Origin: a virus
Lineage: Duplodnaviria; Caudoviricetes
Strand: one strand, 5' to 3'
DNA length: 64,000 bases
Virus record (IMG/VR): IMGVR_UViG_2772190730_000001
Span: 12,618 to 76,617 of that record
Under the pieces are notes generated by a model. That model searched no databases. It was not told the DNA's origin and saw only the letters and a list, made by a program, of their open reading frames with translations. Made by a program: the position numbers and the translations under genes. Of this stretch, positions 35,341-44,041 are shown piece by piece. Each line of letters begins with the position of its first letter. Positions within the stretch are counted from its first letter, which is position 1.

Positions 35341-36408
35341 ATGACCGACCCGCAGCACCCCCAGGCCACCCCAGACCGAAAGACCCGCACCGCCATCGGC
35401 GTCGCCCTGGCCGGCGTCGGCATCTCAGCCCTCGCCGGTGCCGCCATGGGCTTCGAGCACACCGTCACCGTCGCCCGGGCCTACGGCGCCCCCGCCTACT
35501 GGGACATCGTCACCGCCGCATCCGTCGAGGTCCTGCCCATCACCGGCACGGCCCTGCTCTACGTCTGCCACCGCCTCGGCTGGCCCACCCATTGGCCATA
35601 CCGGGTGATCATGCTCGGCTCGATCTTGACCCTCGGCGCGCAGCTCTCCTGGTACGGCAACGAGGGCCAGGGCAACGCCACGGCAGACCCACAGGTCCTC
35701 GGGTACGCAGTCGCGTCCCTGCCCTCAGCGGTGACGCTCATCCTCGTCGCCATCGGCCACGCCGCCCTCGGGTACGCCAACCAATTCCCGGCGCCCGCGG
35801 CTGACCCGGTACCCGAAGCCGCTGTGCCGCCTACTCCGATCCCCCAACACGAACCGCTTCCTACCCCAGAGCCGGTCCCTACCCCACCCCCTACCCCGGA
35901 GGTGGCGGCCGTGACCCCTACTCCGGTCCCCGTCGCGCCTACCCGCCCTCAAGTCCCTCGGCCGGTGCCAGCTACCCGGGTAGCTGGCACCCCCGACACC
36001 CCGGTGCAGGCCGCGGTGCGGAACTTCCTGGAGGCAGCCCTCGGCGCCGCTGATGCTGACCAGCTCGAGGTCGTGAGGAGCTTGCCGCGCGGCAAGACCG
36101 GGAGGCCCAGCGTCGCCGCGATCCGGGAGGCCCTCAAGGTCGGGCAGACCAAGGCGCAGGAATTGAGGGACGAGGCATTCCCAGCTGGAAGCCAGGACAA
36201 GAAGGACAAGCCAAAGATATTGAAAGTTGAAGGAAACGCGAGAGTAATAGAACGGGATTCTCATGTGGACAAGGAGGGGGAAGGTAAAAGCGAAGGAAAG
36301 AAGAAAGGGGAAGGGACCAATACAACTTCCGTTGATCAAGGTTCGGCCCGGCCTGCGGCCGGTCCGGAGCCGACTGCGCTGCGCGTCGTCGGCGGGGGCC
36401 GTGCGTGA
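35341..36408 (+). CDS. DUF2637/SpdA-like membrane protein with Pro-rich linker
   Basis: Four N-terminal hydrophobic segments (AMGFEHTVTVARAYG, ASLPSAVTL), Pro-Thr linker, HTH-like SVAAIREALKVGQTKAQEL. Confidence 0.65.
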   Translation: MTDPQHPQATPDRKTRTAIGVALAGVGISALAGAAMGFEHTVTVARAYGAPAYWDIVTAASVEVLPITGTALLYVCHRLGWPTHWPYRVIMLGSILTLGAQLSWYGNEGQGNATADPQVLGYAVASLPSAVTLILVAIGHAALGYANQFPAPAADPVPEAAVPPTPIPQHEPLPTPEPVPTPPPTPEVAAVTPTPVPVAPTRPQVPRPVPATRVAGTPDTPVQAAVRNFLEAALGAADADQLEVVRSLPRGKTGRPSVAAIREALKVGQTKAQELRDEAFPAGSQDKKDKPKILKVEGNARVIERDSHVDKEGEGKSEGKKKGEGTNTTSVDQGSARPAAGPEPTALRVVGGGRA

Positions 36409-39400
36409 TCACGATCGCGAAGATTCAGGGCAATGTGGACTACTACATTGCGGGGGAGCGGAGCGACGCCGACCGGGCCGCTGGCTACTACCTGGACGGC
36501 GCCAGCGGGGAGCCCCCGGCGTTCTGGTCGGGCGCCGGCGCGGAAGCCCTCAGCCTGTCCGGGCAGATCGACGAGGCCGAGTTCGCGGCACTCTTCACCA
36601 CCCACGCTGACCCGCGAGACCCGAAGTTCGCCGACCCAGCTACCCGCGGTGAGGCCGCCCTACTCGGTTCGAAGCTCCCTACCTACCGATCCACAGGTGA
36701 CCTACTCGCGGCGAAGCTGGCCGCCTACCCGGGTACCCCTACTCCGGAGGACCAGGCCCGCCTACTCGTCGCCGCGGAGAAGGAGACCCGGCGGGCGCTA
36801 CTCGGGTATGACCTGACGTTCTCGCCGCCGAAGGATTTCACGCTCCTCCTGATGGCGGCCGGGTATGCCGAGCAGGCCGCTCGGGACAGCGGGAACGTCG
36901 AGGAGATGAACCGGTGGGCTGCCCGCCGGACCGACCTGACCCAGGCCGCGCTCGATGCGAACAAGGTGGCCCTGGAGTACGCGGCCGAGCAGGCGGCCTA
37001 CTCGCGGCAGCAGGTGGCCGGCACGCAGTTGATCGTCAAGGGCAAGGGATTCGTGCACGCAAGCTTCGAGCAGCACGACAACCGGGCCGGTGCCCCGTCG
37101 TTCCACGTCCACAATCCGACGCTGAACAAGATCGAGAACGAGGACGGGAAGTGGCGGACGCCGGAGGGCCCGGGGATTGTCGCGGCCCGGCCGGCGGTGT
37201 CGGCGGTGGCCGACCGGGCACTGCGCGAGCGCGTCGAGGAACTGGGTTACTCCACCGTGGCGCGGGCCGAGGCCCGTACGTGGGCAGTCGAAGGGATCAC
37301 CGATGAGGTTCGTGAATCGGTGTCAGAGCGCTCACAGGAGGTGAACGCAAAGACGCAGGAACTGTTGGACTTGTACGCGGAGCGTTACGGGCGGGAGGCC
37401 ACCGCCCGGGAGGCATCGAAGCTTCACCGGGCGGCGAACAAGCAGACCCGGGCAGCGAAGGTGAAGGGCGGGCAGTCCACAGCAGACCTGATCGAGCGGA
37501 CCCACGAGGCGGTCCAGCGGGAGATGGCCGGTGGCCTTGAGGCCCTGGCCGCCCGGCACCGGGACATCAGCCCACCGGCGGTCGGCAGCGAAACGGCGTG
37601 GTCACGGCGAGCCGTGATCGCACAGGCGCTGGACGCCGTGCAGGCAGCGGACGCGACGTGGACACGGTGGGACCTGACGCAGCGCCTCGAGGAACTGCTG
37701 CCGCCGCTGGCCCTGGCGACCGAGGACGTGCCCAAGCTGCTGCATGAGTTGACGACCGAGGCGCTGCATCAGGGGTACGAGCCGATCGCGAAAATCTCAG
37801 GTGGCATCCATGCACCGGATGCCCCCACCCAGCTGCGCCGCGCGGACGGCGCCCTGGTCTATGAGACCCCGACACAGCACCGGTACGCGCTGCGCTCTCA
37901 CCTGGACAAGGAGGCATCTCTCCAAGCTGCTGCTGTGATCCGGGACCGGGCCGCGGTGGAGCCGGAGGCGGCTCGGAAGGCCCTGGCCGCATACGCCGAT
38001 GGCCAGGATCCGGGCTACCGGTTGTCGGTTGATCAGCAGGCGGTCGCGGGGCAGCTGCTGACGGGCGGTGCCCGGCTGGCCACGGTGATCGGCCCGGCCG
38101 GCACGGGGAAGTCCACCACGATCGGTGCGGTCTCGCAGGTGTGGCCGGAGGTGTCCTCCGGCGGCCGGGTCGTGGGCGTCGCGGTGAGCGAGAAAGCTGC
38201 GATGGCGCTGCGGGATGCCGGGGTCCCTCATGTGCTGAACGCGGCACGGTTCGAGGCCACCCAGGTGCGGCTGGCTGAGGGCCGGGACTGGACCGATGAC
38301 GGTCCTTACCGGCTGCAGGCGAACGACAAGCTGGTGATCGACGAGGCCAGCATGATGACCACGCAGCTGTGGGATCGGCTGATGCAGATGGCCGACCGGT
38401 CCGCGACCGCGGTGGTGGCGACGGGTGACCCGTTTCAGATGGGCGCGGTCGGTGCCGGCGGGGTGATGGCCGATATTGCTGCGGATCCCACGGCTGAGGT
38501 CATGACCTTGCGGCAGGTGCACCGGTTCGCTGAGCCGTGGGAGGGCGAGGCCTCGCTGCGGCTGCGGGACGGCGACCAGGACGTCGTCCGGGAGTACGCC
38601 CGCCACGGGCGGCTGTACGCAGCGGGTGACGCGGCAGGGATGCAGCAGCAGGCCGCGGAGATGTACGTGGCTGCGCGGGCCGCCGGGAAGACGGCCGCGG
38701 TCATGGCCGAGACGAACGCGACCGCGAACACGATCTCCGCTCTGATCCGTGACCAGCTGGTGGACCTCGGTCTCGTTGCGGACGGGCCGGTGGTGGAGCT
38801 GGGCCGCGACGGCAACGTTGGCGGGGTCGGGGACGTCATCGCCTGCCGGCACCCGGATCGTGCGCTCGGTCTGGTGAATCGCGAGAAGCTCGAGGTGCTG
38901 GCCCTGGGCGAGGACGGCTCCATGGACGCGGTCACCAAGTCTGGTGCGGTCAAGCACATTCCGGCCGACTACGTGTCCCAGCACGTGAGCCTCGGCTACG
39001 CCGCGACCATTCATGGCGAGCAGGGCGGCACCGTCGACGTCGGCATCACCGCGGTCACGAAAGATTCGTCGCGATCAGCCCTTTACACCGGGGCGACCCG
39101 GGGCCGAGAGCGGAACGTCGTGGTCGCCCAGACGGTGTACCCCGACAAGCTCCGCGGGCAGGAGAAACTTGACGAACGGGTCGAACCAATGCGGCCGGAG
39201 GCCGTGCTGGCGGCCGTCCTTGACGGCGATGGCCCGGAGCAGTCAGCGACGGCCCAGGCAGCCGAGCATGCCGAGCACCGTGCGTCGTGGGGCACGGTGG
39301 GTGGCGAGCACGAGCACGCCATGGAGGTTGCCTGCCGGGAGCGCACCGACCGGGCGCTGGACCGGCTCGCTGCCGATGGCCGGATGACGGAGGCCGATCG

Positions 39401-40637
39401 AGCCCGATTCGCCGCTGATTCCGCTACCGGTCAGCTGTCGCGGATGCTCCGTAGCGCGGAGCAGGCTGGCCACGACTCCGAGAAGGTCCTCGTAGATGCT
39501 CTGGCCGCGGGATCGCTGAAGGGCGCCAAATCGGTCGGCCAGGTGATGTGCGCGCGGGTCGACAAGTTGGGCCTGCCCATGGAGCCGCAGCCGGGGCACG
39601 TCCCGGTGGCGGGCATCGGTGGCGAGTGGGCTGCTCATCTCGTGGCGCAGCACGAGCACGCTGCGGCGCGGGAGGCCGAGCTGGGCGAGCGGGTCGCGGA
39701 GGCCGCACCAGCGTGGGCGGTGACCGCTTTCGGTCCGGTCCCAGAGGAGCCCTCTGCACGAGGCGATTGGGTGGCGGCTGCTGGCCGTACGGAGCGGGCC
39801 CGGGAACGGCTGGGCTGGGAGGACGAGCAGCGGCCGCTCGGTCCGTCGCCGTCGACGCTGCAGCCGGAGGCTCGGGCGGAGTGGTTCGGCGCCTGGAATC
39901 AGCTCGGCCGGCCGGAAGCGGTGGCCGAGGAGGGCGGCATGAGTGAGGGGCGGCTCCGTGCCCGGATTGAGGCGGCCGAGCGGGTCGAGCGGGAGGCCCC
40001 GGCCCACCTGGACCGTCAGGCGGGGGCGACGTGGCAGGCCGCGGATGTGGCCGGCCGAGACGCTGCGCTGGCCGAGGCCCGGGGAGATCAGGCTGCCGCT
40101 GACGCTGCGGCCGAGGACGCTGTGCGGCTCGAGCAGAGGGCTCGGCTGCTGGAGCCTGCGGTGATCGCCCGGGACGAGCACGTCGAGGAGGTTCGGTCGC
40201 TTATGGAGACACGTCGCCGGGCCGAGGAGGAGCTGCTGGCCCGGGGCATCGACCTGGCGGTGGAGGAGAAGGCGACGGCTCAGGAGCACCTGGATGAGTT
40301 GCTCCCGCAGGACCCAGAGGAGGTGCTTGAGACCGACATCGATCTGGTGAGCGAGAAGGACCGGGCCGAGCTGGCTGCGGACCTGGCGGCCGAGATGGCT
40401 GACCTCTCACCCGAGGTGCACATCCCGGCTCAGCTTGAGCGGCCGGAGCCGGTGGGTGAGGTCGTTTCTGCGGAGTTCGCTCTTGAGGCGGCCGAGTTCG
40501 CGGCCACCTGGCAGAGGGATCACGACTACCGGGTGGCGCAGGTAGCGGAGTTCGAGGCGTCGCACGCGCTGGTGCCTGAGTCGCAGGTCCGGCGCCGCGA
40601 TCAAGAGGCCACGGAGGGCATGCAACAGACCCAGTAA
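36405..40637 (+). CDS. mobF: MOBF (TrwC/TraI-like) relaxase-helicase
   Basis: DYY...GYY, GYDLTFSPPK, H..RAGAPSFHVH; RecD-like helicase motifs GPAGTGKS, VIDEASM, GDPFQMGAVGAGG, GYAATIH, TRGRE. Confidence 0.93.
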   Translation: MITIAKIQGNVDYYIAGERSDADRAAGYYLDGASGEPPAFWSGAGAEALSLSGQIDEAEFAALFTTHADPRDPKFADPATRGEAALLGSKLPTYRSTGDLLAAKLAAYPGTPTPEDQARLLVAAEKETRRALLGYDLTFSPPKDFTLLLMAAGYAEQAARDSGNVEEMNRWAARRTDLTQAALDANKVALEYAAEQAAYSRQQVAGTQLIVKGKGFVHASFEQHDNRAGAPSFHVHNPTLNKIENEDGKWRTPEGPGIVAARPAVSAVADRALRERVEELGYSTVARAEARTWAVEGITDEVRESVSERSQEVNAKTQELLDLYAERYGREATAREASKLHRAANKQTRAAKVKGGQSTADLIERTHEAVQREMAGGLEALAARHRDISPPAVGSETAWSRRAVIAQALDAVQAADATWTRWDLTQRLEELLPPLALATEDVPKLLHELTTEALHQGYEPIAKISGGIHAPDAPTQLRRADGALVYETPTQHRYALRSHLDKEASLQAAAVIRDRAAVEPEAARKALAAYADGQDPGYRLSVDQQAVAGQLLTGGARLATVIGPAGTGKSTTIGAVSQVWPEVSSGGRVVGVAVSEKAAMALRDAGVPHVLNAARFEATQVRLAEGRDWTDDGPYRLQANDKLVIDEASMMTTQLWDRLMQMADRSATAVVATGDPFQMGAVGAGGVMADIAADPTAEVMTLRQVHRFAEPWEGEASLRLRDGDQDVVREYARHGRLYAAGDAAGMQQQAAEMYVAARAAGKTAAVMAETNATANTISALIRDQLVDLGLVADGPVVELGRDGNVGGVGDVIACRHPDRALGLVNREKLEVLALGEDGSMDAVTKSGAVKHIPADYVSQHVSLGYAATIHGEQGGTVDVGITAVTKDSSRSALYTGATRGRERNVVVAQTVYPDKLRGQEKLDERVEPMRPEAVLAAVLDGDGPEQSATAQAAEHAEHRASWGTVGGEHEHAMEVACRERTDRALDRLAADGRMTEADRARFAADSATGQLSRMLRSAEQAGHDSEKVLVDALAAGSLKGAKSVGQVMCARVDKLGLPMEPQPGHVPVAGIGGEWAAHLVAQHEHAAAREAELGERVAEAAPAWAVTAFGPVPEEPSARGDWVAAAGRTERARERLGWEDEQRPLGPSPSTLQPEARAEWFGAWNQLGRPEAVAEEGGMSEGRLRARIEAAERVEREAPAHLDRQAGATWQAADVAGRDAALAEARGDQAAADAAAEDAVRLEQRARLLEPAVIARDEHVEEVRSLMETRRRAEEELLARGIDLAVEEKATAQEHLDELLPQDPEEVLETDIDLVSEKDRAELAADLAAEMADLSPEVHIPAQLERPEPVGEVVSAEFALEAAEFAATWQRDHDYRVAQVAEFEASHALVPESQVRRRDQEATEGMQQTQ

Positions 40638-40710
40638 TCCGAGGACGGCACCGGCCAGTTTCTGAGGCCGGACCGGTGCCGCCACCCCGAAAAGAGGCAG
40701 GGGCAGCATA

Positions 40711-41115
40711 GTGACGACTGAACCCATTGAGCCCACACCCGAAGACCATGGACCCGCAGCCGAGTTGCAATGGGTCGCGGCCGACCCGGACCTGTGGTCG
40801 GCGTACAGCGCCGGCCTGGTCCGGGGCCAGGAGATCGGATACGCCGATGGTGCCGCAGCGGCCGAGGTCTACGACATCGCCCTGGAGGACGGCTACCAGC
40901 AGGGCCTTGCGGACGGGCTGAGGTCGGGGACCGCCGAGCGGCGCCTCGACCAGGCGCCCGAGCCGATGTTCCGGGTACCCACGGTGGCCGACCTCGGGGG
41001 TAGCGCTGAGGCCGGTGAAGCACTACGCCGACAGGCGGCCGAGTCCTGGAACATGGAGTACACCCCGACCTCGGACCAGGCCACGAGTCAGGACCGGCAC
41101 GACTTGGCCTCCTGA
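40711..41115 (+). CDS. Hypothetical protein
   Basis: 134 aa, acidic, GxxxGYxDG repeats. Confidence 0.55.
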   Translation: MTTEPIEPTPEDHGPAAELQWVAADPDLWSAYSAGLVRGQEIGYADGAAAAEVYDIALEDGYQQGLADGLRSGTAERRLDQAPEPMFRVPTVADLGGSAEAGEALRRQAAESWNMEYTPTSDQATSQDRHDLAS

Positions 41116-41117
41116 CC

Positions 41118-41159
41118 CTGGGGGCGGTGCCGGTTCACCCGAACCGGTGCCGCCCCCAG
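41118..41159 (+). terminator. Hairpin, probable terminator
   Basis: 19-bp stem with two G-U pairs, immediately after the stop at 41115. Confidence 0.55.
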
Positions 41160-41202
41160 CGCCACCCCGTACCCTGACCACACCGACCAAGGGGGACCGA
41201 CC

Positions 41203-41484
41203 ATGCGACGACTGCTCACCGACGCAGAGATCGAGCGCCTACCCGCAGACGTCCGCGACCATTACCGACACCACGACTACCTCCGGCACATCGACGACGT
41301 CCCGTACTTCCCCGACTTCAAACGCGAATGGTTCGAGGCCCAGCACGCCCGGTCAGTGGCCCGGGTCGTCGAGCACATCCGCAGCCGGGAAGGCGACCAG
41401 GCCGCCGAGGAAGCCGCAGCAGCCGTGAAGGAAGCCCGCGCCGAACGCGACCGCCTCGCCCTCCACCTCGCCCAGGCGTCGTGA
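41203..41484 (+). CDS. Small helical protein (possible antitoxin)
   Basis: 93 aa, AAGGGG RBS, GTGA-coupled to the next gene. Confidence 0.55.
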   Translation: MRRLLTDAEIERLPADVRDHYRHHDYLRHIDDVPYFPDFKREWFEAQHARSVARVVEHIRSREGDQAAEEAAAAVKEARAERDRLALHLAQAS

Positions 41485-41813
41485 CCCGCCACCACACCCG
41501 GCTCACCACGACCTGGCTGACCTCCCTCGCCGAAGAACTCCCCGAGCACCGCACCGCCACCCGCCCGGCCCGCTGGGACTTCGTGGCCCGCGACCTGCCC
41601 CCGATCCTCGAACGTCTCGCCACCAGCTGGGACCACCTGGTCGACTTCATCCCCGGCCGCCCCGAGTACCGGGAGTTCGACGGCACCAGCGACCTTGGCC
41701 TGACGTACCGAATCGAGTGCATGGCCGGCCGGGACGGGATCGTTGAGCCGGTCGGCGTGGAGATCGACGAGGCACCGCCGTGGATGGGCGAGGAACCCTC
41801 GGTCGACGTCTGA
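41481..41813 (+). CDS. Hypothetical protein, possibly RelE/ParE-like
   Basis: 110 aa; DFVARDLPPILERLATSWDHL...IPGRPEYR...VEID. Confidence 0.45.
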   Translation: MTRHHTRLTTTWLTSLAEELPEHRTATRPARWDFVARDLPPILERLATSWDHLVDFIPGRPEYREFDGTSDLGLTYRIECMAGRDGIVEPVGVEIDEAPPWMGEEPSVDV

Positions 41814-41824
41814 CCCGCAAACGA

Positions 41825-41865
41825 ACGAGGACCCCCGCGCCTGCCCGAAGCGCGGGGGTCCTCGT
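41825..41865. terminator. Bidirectional terminator-like hairpin
   Basis: Perfect 16-bp stem acgaggacccccgcgc/gcgcgggggtcctcgt between convergent genes. Confidence 0.7.
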
Positions 41866-41880
41866 CGTTCATGGGGCGGG

Positions 41881-42138
41881 TCAGGCCCGGCGGCGGATGC
41901 TCCCGGTCGCCTGGCCTCGCCATGGCTTGTGGATCCATTCGCCCCAGCGCAGGACGTAGGGCGCCCAGCCGTCGGCTCTCAGGTCCACGATCAGCGGGGT
42001 GTCCCGGGGCAGGACCTCCACCTGGCGCTCGCCCGGTGTGGGCTCGGTTACGCGGACGAAGACGACGCCGGCCGAGCTGGGTACGGCGTCAACGGTCAGG
42101 CCGTCGGCGGGTCCTCGGACCAGCTGTAGCTGTGGCAT
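41881..42138 (-). CDS. Hypothetical protein
   Basis: 85 aa, GGAT-preceded ATG, converges on the hairpin. Confidence 0.45.
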   Translation of the reverse strand: MPQLQLVRGPADGLTVDAVPSSAGVVFVRVTEPTPGERQVEVLPRDTPLIVDLRADGWAPYVLRWGEWIHKPWRGQATGSIRRRA

Positions 42139-42205
42139 CCATGCCCCCAGAGGTGGTGGGTGCACCTCGGCCTGGCGGTCTTAGATCCAGGGCGCCAGGT
42201 CCGAG

Positions 42206-42279
42206 GTGACTGACAGATCAGTGACCCGCCGCAGACGGGTGTAACCGATCTGGTGACATCCTGCACCTGATCCGGTGAC
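42206..42279 (+). repeat. Phased GATC-N1-2-GTGAC direct repeats
   Basis: GTGAC at 42206, 42221, 42253 and 42275; the last three are preceded by GATC. Confidence 0.5.
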
Positions 42280-42331
42280 TGGTGCTACCCAATCGGCGCA
42301 CTTGGCCACCAATTCAGGTCACCTGGTCACC

Positions 42332-42586
42332 GTGACCAGTACTTTCGACGCCTCCTTACTGCGGGCCATCAAGGCCGAGCGGGCTCGCCTGGGCATCAGC
42401 CAGGCCGAGCTGGGGGAGCGCCTGGGCGGCTGGCACCGGCAGACCGTGTGGAAGCTGGAGAACGGGCAGCGGGCGCTGCTGGCCCGGGAGCTCCCGGAGC
42501 TGTGCCAGGCGCTGGAGCTGACGGTTGCTCAGTTGTTCGCGCGGGCGTCGAAACGGGACGCGGAGATGCTGGGCCTGAACCGGTAG
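42332..42586 (+). CDS. XRE-family HTH regulator
   Basis: AIKAERARLGISQAELGERL...TVWKLENGQR. Confidence 0.88.
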   Translation: MTSTFDASLLRAIKAERARLGISQAELGERLGGWHRQTVWKLENGQRALLARELPELCQALELTVAQLFARASKRDAEMLGLNR

Positions 42587-42588
42587 AG

Positions 42589-42849
42589 CTACGGAGTCTC
42601 GGGCAGGCCGAGGGTCCGGCGGACCCTCGGGTCGGCGTCGCGCAGGAGCTGGTTGAGGGTGACGCCCAGGGCCTGGCAGACGGTCGCGAGTTCGCGGGTG
42701 GTGAGTTCGCGTTTGCCGTGTTCGATGTCGGACAGGACTGGCCGGCTGATGGCGAGCAGGGCTGCGAGTTCGGCTTGTTTCATGCCGGCGCCGTTCCGTT
42801 CGGCGCGGATGGCTGCGCCGAGGGTGCGGGTGAGGGCGTCGGGTGTCAC
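42589..42849 (-). CDS. XRE-family HTH regulator (paralogue of 42332..42586)
   Basis: AIRAERNGAGMKQAELAALL...LSDIEHGKR. Confidence 0.88.
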   Translation of the reverse strand: MTPDALTRTLGAAIRAERNGAGMKQAELAALLAISRPVLSDIEHGKRELTTRELATVCQALGVTLNQLLRDADPRVRRTLGLPETP

Positions 42850-43233
42850 GCGTCCAGTACGGACTGGCGGCGTTGGTGTTGGCCGGTGGGTGCGACATGG
42901 GGTCGCTGTTGCGGTGAGCGGGGTCGGGAATTCCGACATCCGGTCTGGCCGGTTTCCGTCCGCCTCGTGGCTGCTGGGACACCAGATGTATCTGGACGGC
43001 TGACCGAAACGTAGGACGTCCGGCCAATTTACCGCCGACTCCTCTACTGGCCGGTCGCTTCCATCGGAGGATGCAAGGCACCCGGTGATTCGCCCAGACA
43101 ACCATCGCCGATCCCACCGGGGGACGCAGCAGGCTCGTGGGGATGCGGGCACCAGTGGAGCACGGCAGGCGCAGGCGGGCACGGCGCGGGAGCGATCCAA
43201 ACCGAGCGGTCGACCGACCCAGGGGAGCAGCAC

Positions 43234-43533
43234 GTGACGATTCCGCGACCGAGGCCAGGGCACCACGATCAGTGCGACGGATCCGATGACGCCCTCGACG
43301 AGGGTGCCCCGTGCATGTGGGGGGCCGTCGAGTCCGGCGACGTCACCCTCTTCAACCGGCGCATCCAGGGCCAGGACACCATCCAGGTGGTTCTGCTCCC
43401 GCCGCGGGCAACGCTGGCCCTGGACGAACCTGAGGGCGTCGACCTAATCGTGCGTGCGGTACAGCGGGCCCTGGCGGCCGGCTGGTCGCTGGCTCCGGTG
43501 ATGGCTGCGCTCGGACCGCACCTCCGCCACTAG
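43234..43533 (+). CDS. Hypothetical protein
   Basis: 99 aa, GGGGAG RBS. Confidence 0.45.
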   Translation: MTIPRPRPGHHDQCDGSDDALDEGAPCMWGAVESGDVTLFNRRIQGQDTIQVVLLPPRATLALDEPEGVDLIVRAVQRALAAGWSLAPVMAALGPHLRH

Positions 43534-43534
43534 C

Positions 43535-44041
43535 TCACGCCGGATCGACCGGTTCGTCGATCCAGGCGAGGGCCCGCCGCGGGTCGAGCCGGCCTGGCAG
43601 CATCGCGGCCAGGGTGACCGCCACTTCGTTCAGCTGATCCCTGTTCAGGCCGGCGAGGATGGCGGCGATCTCGGCCTGGTCTTGGGCGCGGACCGCGTCG
43701 TGCAGCTCGGCGGCCACCGGGACTGCGGGGTGCGGCGGTTCGATCGGTCCCCTCGGCTCCGGGGCGGGGCGAGGCTTCCACGGCCGCTTCGGCCGGGCTG
43801 GAGCCCGCGGCGCAGGGACCGCTGCCCTCAAGGCGGCCCGCTGGATCCGGCCGTTGAGGCTGGCCGCGGCAGCCCGCAGCTTCAGCTGGTCCGGCCAGCC
43901 TTCCTCGGTGAGCACGGCCTCGACGGTGGCGCGGTCGATGGGCACGGTCCGGGCGATGGAAGCGACTCGGGACCCGTTGACGGCGAGCCGCAGGATCTGC
44001 AGCCGCTGCGCATCGGTCAGCTCGGCGTCGAGCATGGTCAC
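43535..44041 (-). CDS. Putative HTH DNA-binding protein
   Basis: QRLQILRLAVNGSRVASIARTVPIDRATVEAVL. Confidence 0.6.
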   Translation of the reverse strand: MTMLDAELTDAQRLQILRLAVNGSRVASIARTVPIDRATVEAVLTEEGWPDQLKLRAAAASLNGRIQRAALRAAVPAPRAPARPKRPWKPRPAPEPRGPIEPPHPAVPVAAELHDAVRAQDQAEIAAILAGLNRDQLNEVAVTLAAMLPGRLDPRRALAWIDEPVDPA

